From assembly GCA_965208725.1 (NCBI GenBank), contig CBDBPI010000002.1, positions 1,706,878 to 1,770,877 on the forward strand: a stretch of DNA of 64,000 nt. Direction: 5' to 3'. Positions 20,662 to 30,112 of the stretch are shown piece after piece. Under the pieces are notes generated by a model, which saw only the letters and a program-made list of their open reading frames with translations, was not told where the DNA came from and ran no database searches. This DNA comes from Dehalococcoidia bacterium (GTDB taxonomy: Bacteria > Chloroflexota > Dehalococcoidia > Lucifugimonadales > GCA-2712585). Each line of letters begins with the position of its first letter. The stretch's first letter is position 1. The position numbers and the translations under genes are program-made.

Positions 20662-21525
20662 TTAGCCCTCAAGGCTGACCGCGCCGCCTACAATGTCAAG
20701 GAGCTCCGCAGTAATGCTGTCCTGCCGCACCTTGTTAAGCTCCAATGTCAAATCTCCCACCATCTCGTTTGCGTTGTCCGTTGCGTTCCTCATCGCCACC
20801 ATCCGCGCCGACTGCTCGCTGGCGTTCAACTCCAGCATGGAGTGATACACCTCCATCTCCACAAATCGCGGCAGCAGCATGTCAAGCACCGCCAACGGAT
20901 TCGGCTCATAGATGTACCCAACCCTCGACTCAGCCGGCAGGTCCGACGGTTCGATGGGCAGCAGACGCGTAATCTTCGGACGCTGGGTTGTGAGCGAAAC
21001 GAACTCCGGATACGCCAGGTAAACTTCGTCTATCGAGCCTTCGTTATAGTCATTCAAAATAATCTGCGCAATGGGCAGAATCTCCGACATGGGAGGCCGG
21101 TCACCCAGATTTACGAATACCGCCTGCACGTCCTGCCCCGTCCTGACCACGAAGTCCCGACCCTTCCGTCCTACCGCCACCACGCGCACCGGCGTCGGAC
21201 GCTTCACCACGATAAACTGCGCCACAGCCCGGTTCAAGTTCCCGTGCAGCCCTCCGCACAGACCCCGGTCCGGCGTCAGGTGCAGCAGCGTAATCCGGTT
21301 CACGGGCCTCTGCGTCAGCAGCGGATGAATCTCCTCCGTGTCCTGCCTCTGCGCCTTCAGGTCGGATATCACCTGCTGAATCTTCTCGGCATAGGGACGT
21401 CCCGCCAGCACCGCGCTCTGCGCGCGCCTCATCTTGGACGCCGCAATCATCTCCATTGCGTGCGTCACCTTGGCGGTGTTCTCTATGCTGCGAATTCGCC
21501 TCCGCAGCTGTCTCAAACTTGGCAT
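20662..21525 (-). CDS. atpG: F1 ATP synthase subunit gamma
   Basis: 287 aa. 'LRQLRRRIRSIENTAKVTHAMEMIAASKMRRAQ' at the N-terminus and 'ITAELLDIVGGA' at the C-terminus. Confidence 0.95.
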   Translation of the reverse strand: MPSLRQLRRRIRSIENTAKVTHAMEMIAASKMRRAQSAVLAGRPYAEKIQQVISDLKAQRQDTEEIHPLLTQRPVNRITLLHLTPDRGLCGGLHGNLNRAVAQFIVVKRPTPVRVVAVGRKGRDFVVRTGQDVQAVFVNLGDRPPMSEILPIAQIILNDYNEGSIDEVYLAYPEFVSLTTQRPKITRLLPIEPSDLPAESRVGYIYEPNPLAVLDMLLPRFVEMEVYHSMLELNASEQSARMVAMRNATDNANEMVGDLTLELNKVRQDSITAELLDIVGGAVSLEG

Positions 21526-21556
21526 TTCAGTCTCTCGCCGGCTTTCTCATTTACCT

Positions 21557-23071
21557 CTATGACGCCGCGAAGGTCGCCTTGAACTCCTCAAGCGCCTTCT
21601 TCAGCACCTCTTCCAGTTCATCCGTAATGTCTCCGGCCTCCATTATCTGCCCCTCCAGCTCCGGCGCCGCCGTCTCTACGTAGCGACGCAGCTGGTCTTC
21701 GAAAGCTCTGCACTGCGGAATCGGCACCTCGTCCAGGTACCCGTTGTTCAGCGCGTAGAAGATAATCGCCTGCCTGCCCATAGAAAGCGGCTCATACTGG
21801 GGCTGCTTCAGAACCTCGATGCTCCGCTGCCCCCTCTCCAACTGGGCCCGCGTTTCCGCATCCAGGTCAGCCGTGCCAAACTGGGCGAATGTCGCCAGTT
21901 CGCTGTACTGCGCCAGGTCCAGCCGCAGCCTGCCCGCCACGCTTCGGATGGCCCGCGTCTGCGCGGCTCCGCCCACCCTGGACACCGACAGACCCACGTT
22001 CACCGCAGGGCGAATGCCTGCGTTGAACGACTCCGGCTCCAGGTATATCTGTCCGTCCGTAATCGAAATCACGTTGGTCGGCACATAGGCTGAAACGTCT
22101 CCAGCCTGCGTCTCGATGACTGGCAACGCCGTCAGCGACCCGCCGCCGTGTTCGTCGGCCAGCTTCGCCGCCCGCTCCAGCAAGCGGCTGTGCAGATAGA
22201 AAACGTCTCCCGGATACGCCTCACGTCCCGGCGGCCTCCGCAGCAGCAACGACATCTGCCGGTACGCCCACGCGTGCTTCGTCAGGTCGTCGTAGATGAT
22301 CAGCGCTTCCCGACCCGTCTCCATGAACTCCTCGCCGATGGCGCACCCGGCGTAGGGCGCGATGTACTGGAGCGGCGCCGGGTCCGAAGCGTTGGCCGCC
22401 ACCACAACCGTGTGCTCCATCGCCCCGTACTCTTCCAGCGTCGACACCACCTGGGCCACCTTACCCTGCTTCTGCCCGATGGCCACGTAGATGCAAAGCA
22501 GGTTCTGGCCCTTCTGATTGATGATAGTATCCAGCGCGATGGCCGACTTTCCCGTCGACCTGTCGCCAATGATAAGCTCCCGCTGACCCCTCCCAATCGG
22601 AATCATCGAATCAATCGCCTTGATGCCAGTCTGCACCGGCGTATCCACTGACTGCCGAATGACCACGTTCGGCGCAATCCGCTCAATGGGACGAGTCTTG
22701 GTCGTTCGAATGGGACCCTTGCCGTCCAGCGGCCGTCCCAGCGCGTCCACCACCCGACCCACAAGCTCGTCGCCTACCGGCACCTCGATAATCCGACCCG
22801 TGGAGCGGACCGTGTCCCCCTCCTTAACCGCGTCGTCGCCGCCCATGACGGCTGCGCCCACCGTGTCTTCTTCCAGGTTCAGCGCCAGCCCAAGCACACC
22901 TTCCGGGAACTCCAGAAGCTCGCTGTACTGGGCGCCCTGAAGACCCTGAATCCGGGCGATTCCGTCCCCCGCTTCCACCACCGTGCCCACGTCCACCATT
23001 CGGAGTTCCCCCTGGAACTCCTCAATCTGGCGCCTGATTACCGAAACAATGTCTGAACCGCGCGTGGTCAT
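21557..23071 (-). CDS. atpA: F1 ATP synthase subunit alpha
   Basis: 504 aa. Walker A '[15 protein letters not shown]', '[12 protein letters not shown]' and '[20 protein letters not shown]'. Confidence 0.97.
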   Translation of the reverse strand: MTTRGSDIVSVIRRQIEEFQGELRMVDVGTVVEAGDGIARIQGLQGAQYSELLEFPEGVLGLALNLEEDTVGAAVMGGDDAVKEGDTVRSTGRIIEVPVGDELVGRVVDALGRPLDGKGPIRTTKTRPIERIAPNVVIRQSVDTPVQTGIKAIDSMIPIGRGQRELIIGDRSTGKSAIALDTIINQKGQNLLCIYVAIGQKQGKVAQVVSTLEEYGAMEHTVVVAANASDPAPLQYIAPYAGCAIGEEFMETGREALIIYDDLTKHAWAYRQMSLLLRRPPGREAYPGDVFYLHSRLLERAAKLADEHGGGSLTALPVIETQAGDVSAYVPTNVISITDGQIYLEPESFNAGIRPAVNVGLSVSRVGGAAQTRAIRSVAGRLRLDLAQYSELATFAQFGTADLDAETRAQLERGQRSIEVLKQPQYEPLSMGRQAIIFYALNNGYLDEVPIPQCRAFEDQLRRYVETAAPELEGQIMEAGDITDELEEVLKKALEEFKATFAAS

Positions 23072-23139
23072 CTATTTGCCTCCTGCCGCGCCGCCCCAAT
23101 TCCGAAACGGCGCGGGTTCCGTATCTTCCTTATATATCT

Positions 23140-23712
23140 CTATGCAGACCCCGAAATCGGGGCCGCTTCCAGTTCCTCCCGCAGACCCTCCAGCTTGGTG
23201 CGCGTGCTGCCGTCCAGCAGCTTGTCTCCAATTCGCAGCACAAGCCCGCCAATAATCGCCGGGTCCACGTGGGCCTCCAGTTCAACCTTCTTGCTCGTCA
23301 TCTCCTCAACAAAGCGGGCAATCCTCTTGCGTTCCCGGCTCCGGAGGGCTATCGCCGAATAGACCGACACCCGCTCCACGCCTCTCCGCGCGTCCAGCAG
23401 ACCCTGAAATTCCGACTCTACCGCGGTAGCCATATCCGAAAGTCCCTGGGACACCATTACGCAGAGCAGATTTCGCGCCAGCGGATTCACCCGCTTGCCC
23501 AGCGCCTCCTGGATGGCTTCCACCTTCCTGTCGAAGGGCACCTTCGCATGCTTCAGGAAAATCCTGAACTCCTCGCCGGAAAGTGCTTCACTGATGCGAC
23601 GCAAGTCCGACGCCCAGGTATCCAGCGTCTTCTCCACTTCCCGAGGCTCCGACGTCATGGCCATCTCATAGATGGCCTGAGCGTACCTCTTTGCCCTGAG
23701 ACTGCTCGCCAT
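23140..23712 (-). CDS. atpH: F1 ATP synthase subunit delta (OSCP)
   Basis: 190 aa. Called from position between atpF and atpA and the C-terminal 'VDPAIIGGLVLRIGDKLLDGSTRTKLEGL' OSCP signature. Confidence 0.9.
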   Translation of the reverse strand: MASSLRAKRYAQAIYEMAMTSEPREVEKTLDTWASDLRRISEALSGEEFRIFLKHAKVPFDRKVEAIQEALGKRVNPLARNLLCVMVSQGLSDMATAVESEFQGLLDARRGVERVSVYSAIALRSRERKRIARFVEEMTSKKVELEAHVDPAIIGGLVLRIGDKLLDGSTRTKLEGLREELEAAPISGSA

Positions 23713-23717
23713 GCGCC

Positions 23718-24224
23718 CTAACCCTGGCCCTTCCCGACTTCCTGGCCTTCATCAAGCACCTGGACGATCAGTTCCCGGTGGGCGCTTGCATCCAACGACT
23801 GGCCGATGACGCGTTCTGCGGCCTGAATGGCCAGAACGGCAAAGTGCCGCTTCACCTCTTCCACGGCGCTGTCTCGCTCCTGCTGAATCTCCTCGCGGGC
23901 GCGGGCTATGAAGGCCTCCGCCTCCGCTCGCGCCTTGGCCATCTCGTCTTCTCGATACTTGTCCGCCAGCGCCCGGGCCTGTTCCAGTAGCTGCTGCCCC
24001 TGTCGACGAGCCTCCTGCAGCTGTTCCTGGGTCCTGGCCTCCGACTCCGCCGCCTCCTGCTTCGCCCGCTCCGCCGCCTCCAGACTATCCCGAATCCGCT
24101 CCGACCTCTGGTCCAGCATCTTCAGGATCGGCTTGTAGGCGAAGAAGTACAGGATTACCAGCAGGATGCCGAAGTTCACCAGAAAGACTATCAGGCTGGG
24201 TATATTTAGACCTAACTCTTCCAA
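23718..24224 (-). CDS. atpF: Fo ATP synthase subunit b
   Basis: 168 aa. A single N-terminal TM segment 'LIVFLVNFGILLVILYFFAYKPI' followed by a long charged coiled-coil helix. Confidence 0.9.
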   Translation of the reverse strand: MEELGLNIPSLIVFLVNFGILLVILYFFAYKPILKMLDQRSERIRDSLEAAERAKQEAAESEARTQEQLQEARRQGQQLLEQARALADKYREDEMAKARAEAEAFIARAREEIQQERDSAVEEVKRHFAVLAIQAAERVIGQSLDASAHRELIVQVLDEGQEVGKGQG

Positions 24225-24265
24225 GGGTTACCTCTCTTCCCATCCAACCTTCGTCGGCCCGGGTT

Positions 24266-24550
<285 letters not shown>

Positions 24551-24573
24551 TCACACAATAATTTGTAGATGCT

Positions 24574-24672
24574 TTAGTCCTGACGGCTGGCGTAGATGGC
24601 AAACACCCCGGCCAGCGTCCCCAGCGTTGCCACGCTGGTCACAATTACAAAAAGCAGTATCAGTACGTCCAT
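24574..24672 (-). CDS. Unannotated 32-aa hydrophobic small ORF between atpB and atpE
   Basis: Not in the ORF track (under 60 aa). ATG at 24672 is preceded by GGAGGAG (revcomp of 24675-24683). Translation: MDVLILLFVIVTSVATLGTLAGVFAIYASRQD, with a TAA stop at 24576..24574. One predicted TM helix. Confidence 0.35.
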   Translation of the reverse strand: MDVLILLFVIVTSVATLGTLAGVFAIYASRQD

Positions 24673-24695
24673 CTCTCTCCTCCGTTCACTTCTTC

Positions 24696-25895
24696 CTATT
24701 CATCATGGTGCGCTATTGCCAGCGTCGCGAAGGTCAGCGTCAGTCCCGCGAAAATCATGGCCTGAATGAATCCTACCAGTAACTCAAGCCCGTAGAAGGG
24801 AATGCTGAAGACGAAGGGCACCAGGAAGGCCGAAACCAGAATCAGCAGCTTCCCCGCCAGCATATTCCCGAACAGCCTGAAGGTGAAGCTCACCACCCGG
24901 ATGAACTCGCTCAATCCTTCCAGAATGCCCACAAACAGATCAATCGGTCCGTTGAACAAGCGGCTCGGCCCCTTGATGAGCGTCTTCACCCTGATGAACT
25001 TCGCCAGATATCCGAATCCCAGCCTTCTCAGTCCCCAAATCTCCACGAACAGGAACGCCACCACCGCCAGTGCCAGCGGCATGTTCACGTCCGTGCCCGC
25101 CGGACGCAGCAGGTCAATGCGCGGCGTCTTCCCCTTCTCTGCGTGTTCCACAATCAACGTCCCGCCCGACTTCACCGCGTCAAACTTCACAATCTTCCCA
25201 ACGGCGCTCTCCGAAACGCACGGCGCCGGTGAGCATCCCTTCGAAAGCTCATCTCCAATTTCGGACTCAGGCTCAAGGTGGAAGACCGTGCCGTCCTTCA
25301 GCGTAAACTCGCCCTCACCCACGCCAGCGATGGTCCCGTGAAGGTGCATCGCCTTCCCTTCCTTCGCCTTGGCGATATATTCGGCGTTCGCTTCCTCAGA
25401 GGAGTTGAACCCCAGCGACGGATAGATGGGCAGCAGCCCCATCCATGCGTTGAACAGCACGAACAGGAAAATCGTCGCGATAATCGGAAAGAAAGCCCGC
25501 GCGATGCCCTTGCCGGAAACCCCCTCTACAAAGTTAAGCAGACCTTCGACAATCACCTCGCCGAACCCCTGAAGCCTGCCCGGCACCAGTTTTCTTCGGG
25601 AAGCCGCCAGCACCAGTATCACAATCAAAACAATGGTCGTCAGCCACGAAGACAACATTGAGTTGGTGATGGCAAAGCCCGTGAATCCCAGGTTTCCGCC
25701 CCTGGCCGCTATCTCCCGTTCCTCCGCGGGGAAAACCGCCGAGGATGGCAGATGAACTTCCGGCTCTTTCACAATCGTGCTGGTGCCGAAAAGTTCCGAC
25801 CCCACCGCCCCGACCACAAACCCGTATACCAGTAAAACCACGAGACTCAATCCGGCCCCGATAATAAGCGGCTTAGCTAAGGCTGACTTGGGCAT
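24696..25895 (-). CDS. atpB: Fo ATP synthase subunit a, carrying a ~100-aa insertion
   Basis: 399 aa. The C-terminal 'FRLFGNMLAGKLL' contains the essential Arg, and 'GLLPI' and 'TDVNMPLALAVVAF' flank a non-membrane insert (about residues 163-262). It is much longer than typical ~230-290 aa subunit a proteins. Confidence 0.9.
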   Translation of the reverse strand: MPKSALAKPLIIGAGLSLVVLLVYGFVVGAVGSELFGTSTIVKEPEVHLPSSAVFPAEEREIAARGGNLGFTGFAITNSMLSSWLTTIVLIVILVLAASRRKLVPGRLQGFGEVIVEGLLNFVEGVSGKGIARAFFPIIATIFLFVLFNAWMGLLPIYPSLGFNSSEEANAEYIAKAKEGKAMHLHGTIAGVGEGEFTLKDGTVFHLEPESEIGDELSKGCSPAPCVSESAVGKIVKFDAVKSGGTLIVEHAEKGKTPRIDLLRPAGTDVNMPLALAVVAFLFVEIWGLRRLGFGYLAKFIRVKTLIKGPSRLFNGPIDLFVGILEGLSEFIRVVSFTFRLFGNMLAGKLLILVSAFLVPFVFSIPFYGLELLVGFIQAMIFAGLTLTFATLAIAHHDE

Positions 25896-26137
25896 TAACG
25901 CCCCTTGCGCTCTCCATCTGGGCTATTCCGGGACGAGTCCTGCAGAAATGGGGACATCAACTTGTACATGCCGAAAAAAGCCGTTACCACTCCCAACAAT
26001 GTCCCGGTGAGCAAAAATACGGGCGAGGTTTCAAACTTCCTGTCCAGCCACAGTCCGGCAAGCACTCCGAAAACAATGCACACCGCTACGTACCACCCCA
26101 ATCCCACCATCTGCATAGCCAAGCGCCAACCGGACAT
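25895..26137 (-). CDS. AtpZ/AtpI-like small membrane protein of the ATP synthase operon
   Basis: 80 aa with two TM helices. 'LAMQMVGLGWYVAVCIVFGVLAGLWLDRKF' resembles the ATPase_gene1/AtpZ family. First gene of the operon; its stop overlaps the atpB start. Confidence 0.6.
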   Translation of the reverse strand: MSGWRLAMQMVGLGWYVAVCIVFGVLAGLWLDRKFETSPVFLLTGTLLGVVTAFFGMYKLMSPFLQDSSRNSPDGERKGR

Positions 26138-26214
26138 TCGCTACCTTCAAAACTTGGTGAACTCTATCACTAGCGTTTTTTAAAGTCAACAAGAACGCTT
26201 TGGTCGAAGCAGAA

Positions 26215-26814
26215 TCAGTTCTCCGTGGCGGTGCCCTTTTCCTCGGGCTTCTCCTTAGCCTCGCCCTTGCCGATATCTTCCAAATCCAGCGTGTTGATGA
26301 AGTCCGTAAAGGCGGACATCCTCTGCAGCTCCTCTTCCCTCACCTTCGTGGGCTTGTCCTCGTCCACAGAAGTCATGTCCTCCTTGGTGATGGGACGACC
26401 CGTATCCGCGTCCAGCTGAATGCCAGCCTTCTCCAATACGTTGTCTTCTGCGTATATGGGCACCTGCGCCCGCACCGCCAGCGCAATTGCGTCGCTCGGA
26501 CGCGAGTCTACCTCCACCTTCTTCCCATTCATCGACACGCCTATCTTGGCGAAGAACGTATCGTTCTTCAAATCGTTAATCCGGATGTAGCTGATCTCCG
26601 CGCCGAGGTTGTCGATGACCGATTGCAGCAGGTCGTGGGTCAGTGGCCGCGGTACCGATATCCCCTGTAGCTTGACCGCGATGGCGTCAGCCTCCGCCGG
26701 GCCAATCCAGATGGGTAGGTGCCTGTCCGATTCCATCTCCTTCAGAATGACCACCCGCTGGTAGTTCATCAGGCTGACCCTGATGCTATCTACGGTCATC
26801 TCCTGCATAAACAC
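26215..26814 (-). CDS. Bifunctional nuclease (DUF151/BFN) domain protein
   Basis: 199 aa. 'VVILKEMESDRHLPIWIGPAEADAIAVKLQGISVPRPLTHDLL' is the characteristic BFN core. The C-terminal tail is acidic. Confidence 0.7.
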   Translation of the reverse strand: MFMQEMTVDSIRVSLMNYQRVVILKEMESDRHLPIWIGPAEADAIAVKLQGISVPRPLTHDLLQSVIDNLGAEISYIRINDLKNDTFFAKIGVSMNGKKVEVDSRPSDAIALAVRAQVPIYAEDNVLEKAGIQLDADTGRPITKEDMTSVDEDKPTKVREEELQRMSAFTDFINTLDLEDIGKGEAKEKPEEKGTATEN

Positions 26815-26972
26815 CTACCTCCTACCTCGACTGTTGCTAATTCTAGTTTTCACCCTCAAGAAGTGTCAAGCTAATCCCGCCGACCCACAACGCTTGACCC
26901 GCCTTGTTGCACGTCATTCTGTAGAGGCGGGTTTGAAACCTGCCCTGTCTCCATCCGCCAGCCCGCTATCTC

Positions 26973-27719
26973 CTAGAACCGCCGCATCTCCGGAAAAGCC
27001 CCCGCCTTCGCCAGCCATCCGGTCCGCTGCGCCAGAGCTTCCATCTCTTCCGGCTGCAGCAGTTCCGCCAGTTCCTTCACCAGACCCTGCGGCTCTGAAA
27101 CCTTCTCCAGAAAGGCCTCCATCGCCTCCAGGGTCTCGGGCTCAAGTTCTTCTCCCCAAAAGTCCCAAATCACCGTCCGCAGCGTGAACGCCGCATTGAA
27201 CGTCAATCCATGGTCGATTCCCCACACCCGTCCGTCCAGCCCCTTGATGCAATGCACCGCCTTCCGGTCGGCGTTGTTCGCGATGATGTCGAAGCAGGCG
27301 ATTCTCTTCAGGTCCCCTCTGTGTGACTCTCGAAGCTCCCGGTACGTAATCCCAGGCTCGTGTTCCACAAACCTCTGCATAGAGCCTACGCCGTAAGGGC
27401 CTTCCCGGATCACCGTCTCCGGCACAAACTCCCACCCCAGAATCTGGCTGAACAGGTAAGCGGCGTACTCCCGCTTGTACAAAGTCCCCGATTCGAAGTC
27501 CCACAATGGAATCTCGCCCTTCATCGGCTTGTAGATTGCCCGCATCTCCTGCCCGTCTTCGTCACGCAGCTTGGCCAGAAAAGTATAGTTGGAACCCACC
27601 GGCGTCAGAATGCAGGAGACCACCTCCCCTTCCCTCAGCAACCGCGACTGGTTGGCTTCGTCCTCCAGGGTCAGCGACGGTTCCTCCGTCTGTTTACTCG
27701 TGCAGCGCTTGGTGGCCAT
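26973..27719 (-). CDS. SCO1664-family protein (PI3/4-kinase-like fold)
   Basis: 248 aa. 'AIYKPMKGEIPLWDF', 'DIIANNADRKAVHCI' and 'WGIDHGLTF' form a kinase-like catalytic-loop pattern. Coupled to an upstream DUF3090 gene, the usual pairing for this family. Confidence 0.6.
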   Translation of the reverse strand: MATKRCTSKQTEEPSLTLEDEANQSRLLREGEVVSCILTPVGSNYTFLAKLRDEDGQEMRAIYKPMKGEIPLWDFESGTLYKREYAAYLFSQILGWEFVPETVIREGPYGVGSMQRFVEHEPGITYRELRESHRGDLKRIACFDIIANNADRKAVHCIKGLDGRVWGIDHGLTFNAAFTLRTVIWDFWGEELEPETLEAMEAFLEKVSEPQGLVKELAELLQPEEMEALAQRTGWLAKAGAFPEMRRF

Positions 27720-28218
27720 TGGTGCGAACGCACATGTGCCCTTCCGGGTCTATTGCCAGACCGCAGAGCACGCAGCGGGGTCTGCCGGCGGCGCAGACTT
27801 CCAACGCCTCCTTCGACAGCTTCAATGCCATCTCCTGCGGCACCCAGAAGCAAAGGTCCGGCGTATCCTCCCCCACCGCTTCCGTGTCGTGGACCAGGAA
27901 CAGGAACGAGTTGATGTCGGCGTCGTGACCCATGGAAAGACTGCCAACCTTGAATTCCAGCCTCACGTATCCGCCGTCATACGTCGGCTCCGGCTCCCGC
28001 CTTCTACCGCTACTTCTCCCGCGCCTCGGCCCCTCCTGGTTGATCTCTTCTATATAAACCGCCAGCTGCTGAAGCTGCTCTTTCTCCAGCCAGAGCTGGG
28101 CGAACGCCGCCCCCGACTCCACCAGCAGACGGAACGTCCTCTTCCCCGGCTCACCCAGCGCCTCCGCGCTTATCTGAGTAACTGTGCCAAAGTTGTTGTT
28201 CGCTTCAAAGGGCGGCAT
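27694..28218 (-). CDS. DUF3090-family protein
   Basis: 174 aa. 'ISAEALGEPGKRTFRLLVESG...LWLEKEQLQQLA' and the C-terminal 'GRPRCVLCGLAIDPEGHMCVRTNGH' zinc-ribbon-like motif. Overlaps the SCO1664 gene by 26 nt. Confidence 0.65.
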   Translation of the reverse strand: MPPFEANNNFGTVTQISAEALGEPGKRTFRLLVESGAAFAQLWLEKEQLQQLAVYIEEINQEGPRRGRSSGRRREPEPTYDGGYVRLEFKVGSLSMGHDADINSFLFLVHDTEAVGEDTPDLCFWVPQEMALKLSKEALEVCAAGRPRCVLCGLAIDPEGHMCVRTNGHQALHE

Positions 28219-28946
28219 TCCCTACTTCCCCTCTCTTCTTCCACTCGAAAACTCGGGGCTAAATCCCTCGTCCCGGGCGCTGTGCCTGAATCAGGCGCAT
28301 ATTGCCGCCTATCTTAAATGCTAGCCCCAACCCTGACAAGAACCACCCACCTCCCTTCCGCCTCTTTCCCCTTGACGGGGGAAGATTGAGATGGGGGTGA
28401 TTCAGACGGAATGGATGACTAACTAGGCAGTTACCCCCCAAGTGCCATTTCCCCCCTTGCCACCCACCCCCTCCACTGCTATCCTCTAAACATGGAAAAT
28501 ATAGAACGTATAGACGGTTGCTTCAACAAATTAAACGAGGAATTCAGAGTTCCCGGCGACTTCTTGATTGAGCCCTTGTATAGAGGCTTGGGCGAGCGTA
28601 AAAAATTTTTGAAACAATTCAATTCCCCATTTCCCCCCTTCTCAGGCACGAATCCGAGCGAAAACGCCCCGAATTGTTTCCCAAAACAATTCCCCTCTCA
28701 GGCACAAACCACTGAAACAATTCCCAAAACAATTACGCACAATCCCAATTGTTTTCCAAAATCAATTCCACCTTCTCTCCCGCCGCTCATCCTGAGCCTG
28801 TCAAAGGACCAACTCTGCCAAACTTGCCGTCACGCAGTGACCCGCCCTCTCTTCATGTGCCCTGAACGCCCTTGCTGAATCCGAAACCCACATCCCTTAT
28901 AGTAAGGTAACCTTTGGAACGAAATAACAACCCGGAGGCGTCCCCC

Positions 28947-29963
28947 ATGCCCAAAGTCAGATTCGGCATCCAGACCGGCCAGCAGGAGACCACATGGCCC
29001 GAACTCAGAGACACCTGGCTCGAACTCGAAGACCTCGGCTTCGACGATCTCTGGGTCTACGACCACTACCTGCCCACCGGCACCACCATCGAAGACGGCG
29101 ATGTCACCGACGCCTGGACCCTCCTCGCCGCCCTCTCCCAGGTCGTCAACCGCCCCCGCATCGGCACCCTCGTCACCAGCGCCACCTTCCGACACCCCGT
29201 CGCCCTCGCCAAGGCCGTCACCACCGTCGACCACGCCAGCAGCGGACGCGTCATCCTCGGCATCGGCGCGGGCTGGCATCGGCCCGAGCATCACGCCTAC
29301 GATATCCCCTTCCCCGGCAATGCCGAACGCGTCCGCCGACTCGAAGAGACCATCCGCGTCATACGCCTCCTCTGGACCGAAGACCGCGCCAACTTCGACG
29401 GACGCTACTACAAACTCCGCAACGCCCCCTTCCAGCCCAAGCCCCTCCAGAAACCCCACCCACCCATCCTCGTCGGCGGCGCCGGCGAACAGCTCACCAT
29501 GCCCATGGTCGCCCGAGTCGCCGACGACTGGAACTGGAACATCACCGGCACCCCCGCAGACTACCGGCGCAAGCTCAAAATCCTCCACCAATGCTGCGAA
29601 AAGGCGGGACGCGACCCCGCCGAAATCTCCCTCTCCCTAAACATGGACTTCCTCATCAGCGACGACCCCAAACGCATCGCCTCCGCCCTCAGCATCAACG
29701 CCAGCGATGCCGGTGTCTCTATCGAAGAAGCTCAGAAAACGACCCTCGCCGGTAACCCCGACCAGATCCGTGAACGACTCGAAGCCTTCATCGACCTCGG
29801 CGTCACCACCTTCATGTTCAGCCTCCGCGCTCCCTTCGACGAAGCCGGGACCCAGGCCCTCCCCGACATCCGCCGGCGCGCCCTCCGCTACCACACCACA
29901 ATGGACGACGTTCGCCGCATGGCCCACGAAGTCCTCCCGCCCCTCCGCAAGAAATTTGCATAA
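28947..29963 (+). CDS. LLM-class (luciferase-like) F420-dependent oxidoreductase
   Basis: Track ORF 28914..29963 trimmed to the ATG at 28947, after CGGAGG. 'MPKVRFGIQTGQQ...LGFDDLWVYDHY', 'TLVTSATFRHPVALAKAVTTVDHASSGRVILGIGAGW' and 'KPLQKPHPPILVGG' follow the TIGR03560-like LLM pattern. Confidence 0.75.
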   Translation: MPKVRFGIQTGQQETTWPELRDTWLELEDLGFDDLWVYDHYLPTGTTIEDGDVTDAWTLLAALSQVVNRPRIGTLVTSATFRHPVALAKAVTTVDHASSGRVILGIGAGWHRPEHHAYDIPFPGNAERVRRLEETIRVIRLLWTEDRANFDGRYYKLRNAPFQPKPLQKPHPPILVGGAGEQLTMPMVARVADDWNWNITGTPADYRRKLKILHQCCEKAGRDPAEISLSLNMDFLISDDPKRIASALSINASDAGVSIEEAQKTTLAGNPDQIRERLEAFIDLGVTTFMFSLRAPFDEAGTQALPDIRRRALRYHTTMDDVRRMAHEVLPPLRKKFA

Positions 29964-30112
29964 CCGTCACAAAAGTGCCGATTAACCTCTTCCCCCTTGA
30001 TGGGGGAAGATTGAGATGGGGGTGATCCCTGCAGCGCGAATGCCAAATTCGCCAGTTGCACAAAAGTACCCATATCTAAGAAAATCTCCCAATCAAAAAC
30101 AGGAGCCAACCA

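Noticed and set aside
28492-28878. 128-aa ORF with a promoter-like element upstream.
   Set aside because: Most of its length translates tandem DNA repeats and then repeat modules ('LILSLSKD', 'CRHAVT'), and it has no SD. I kept it only as a note in a finding, not as a feature.
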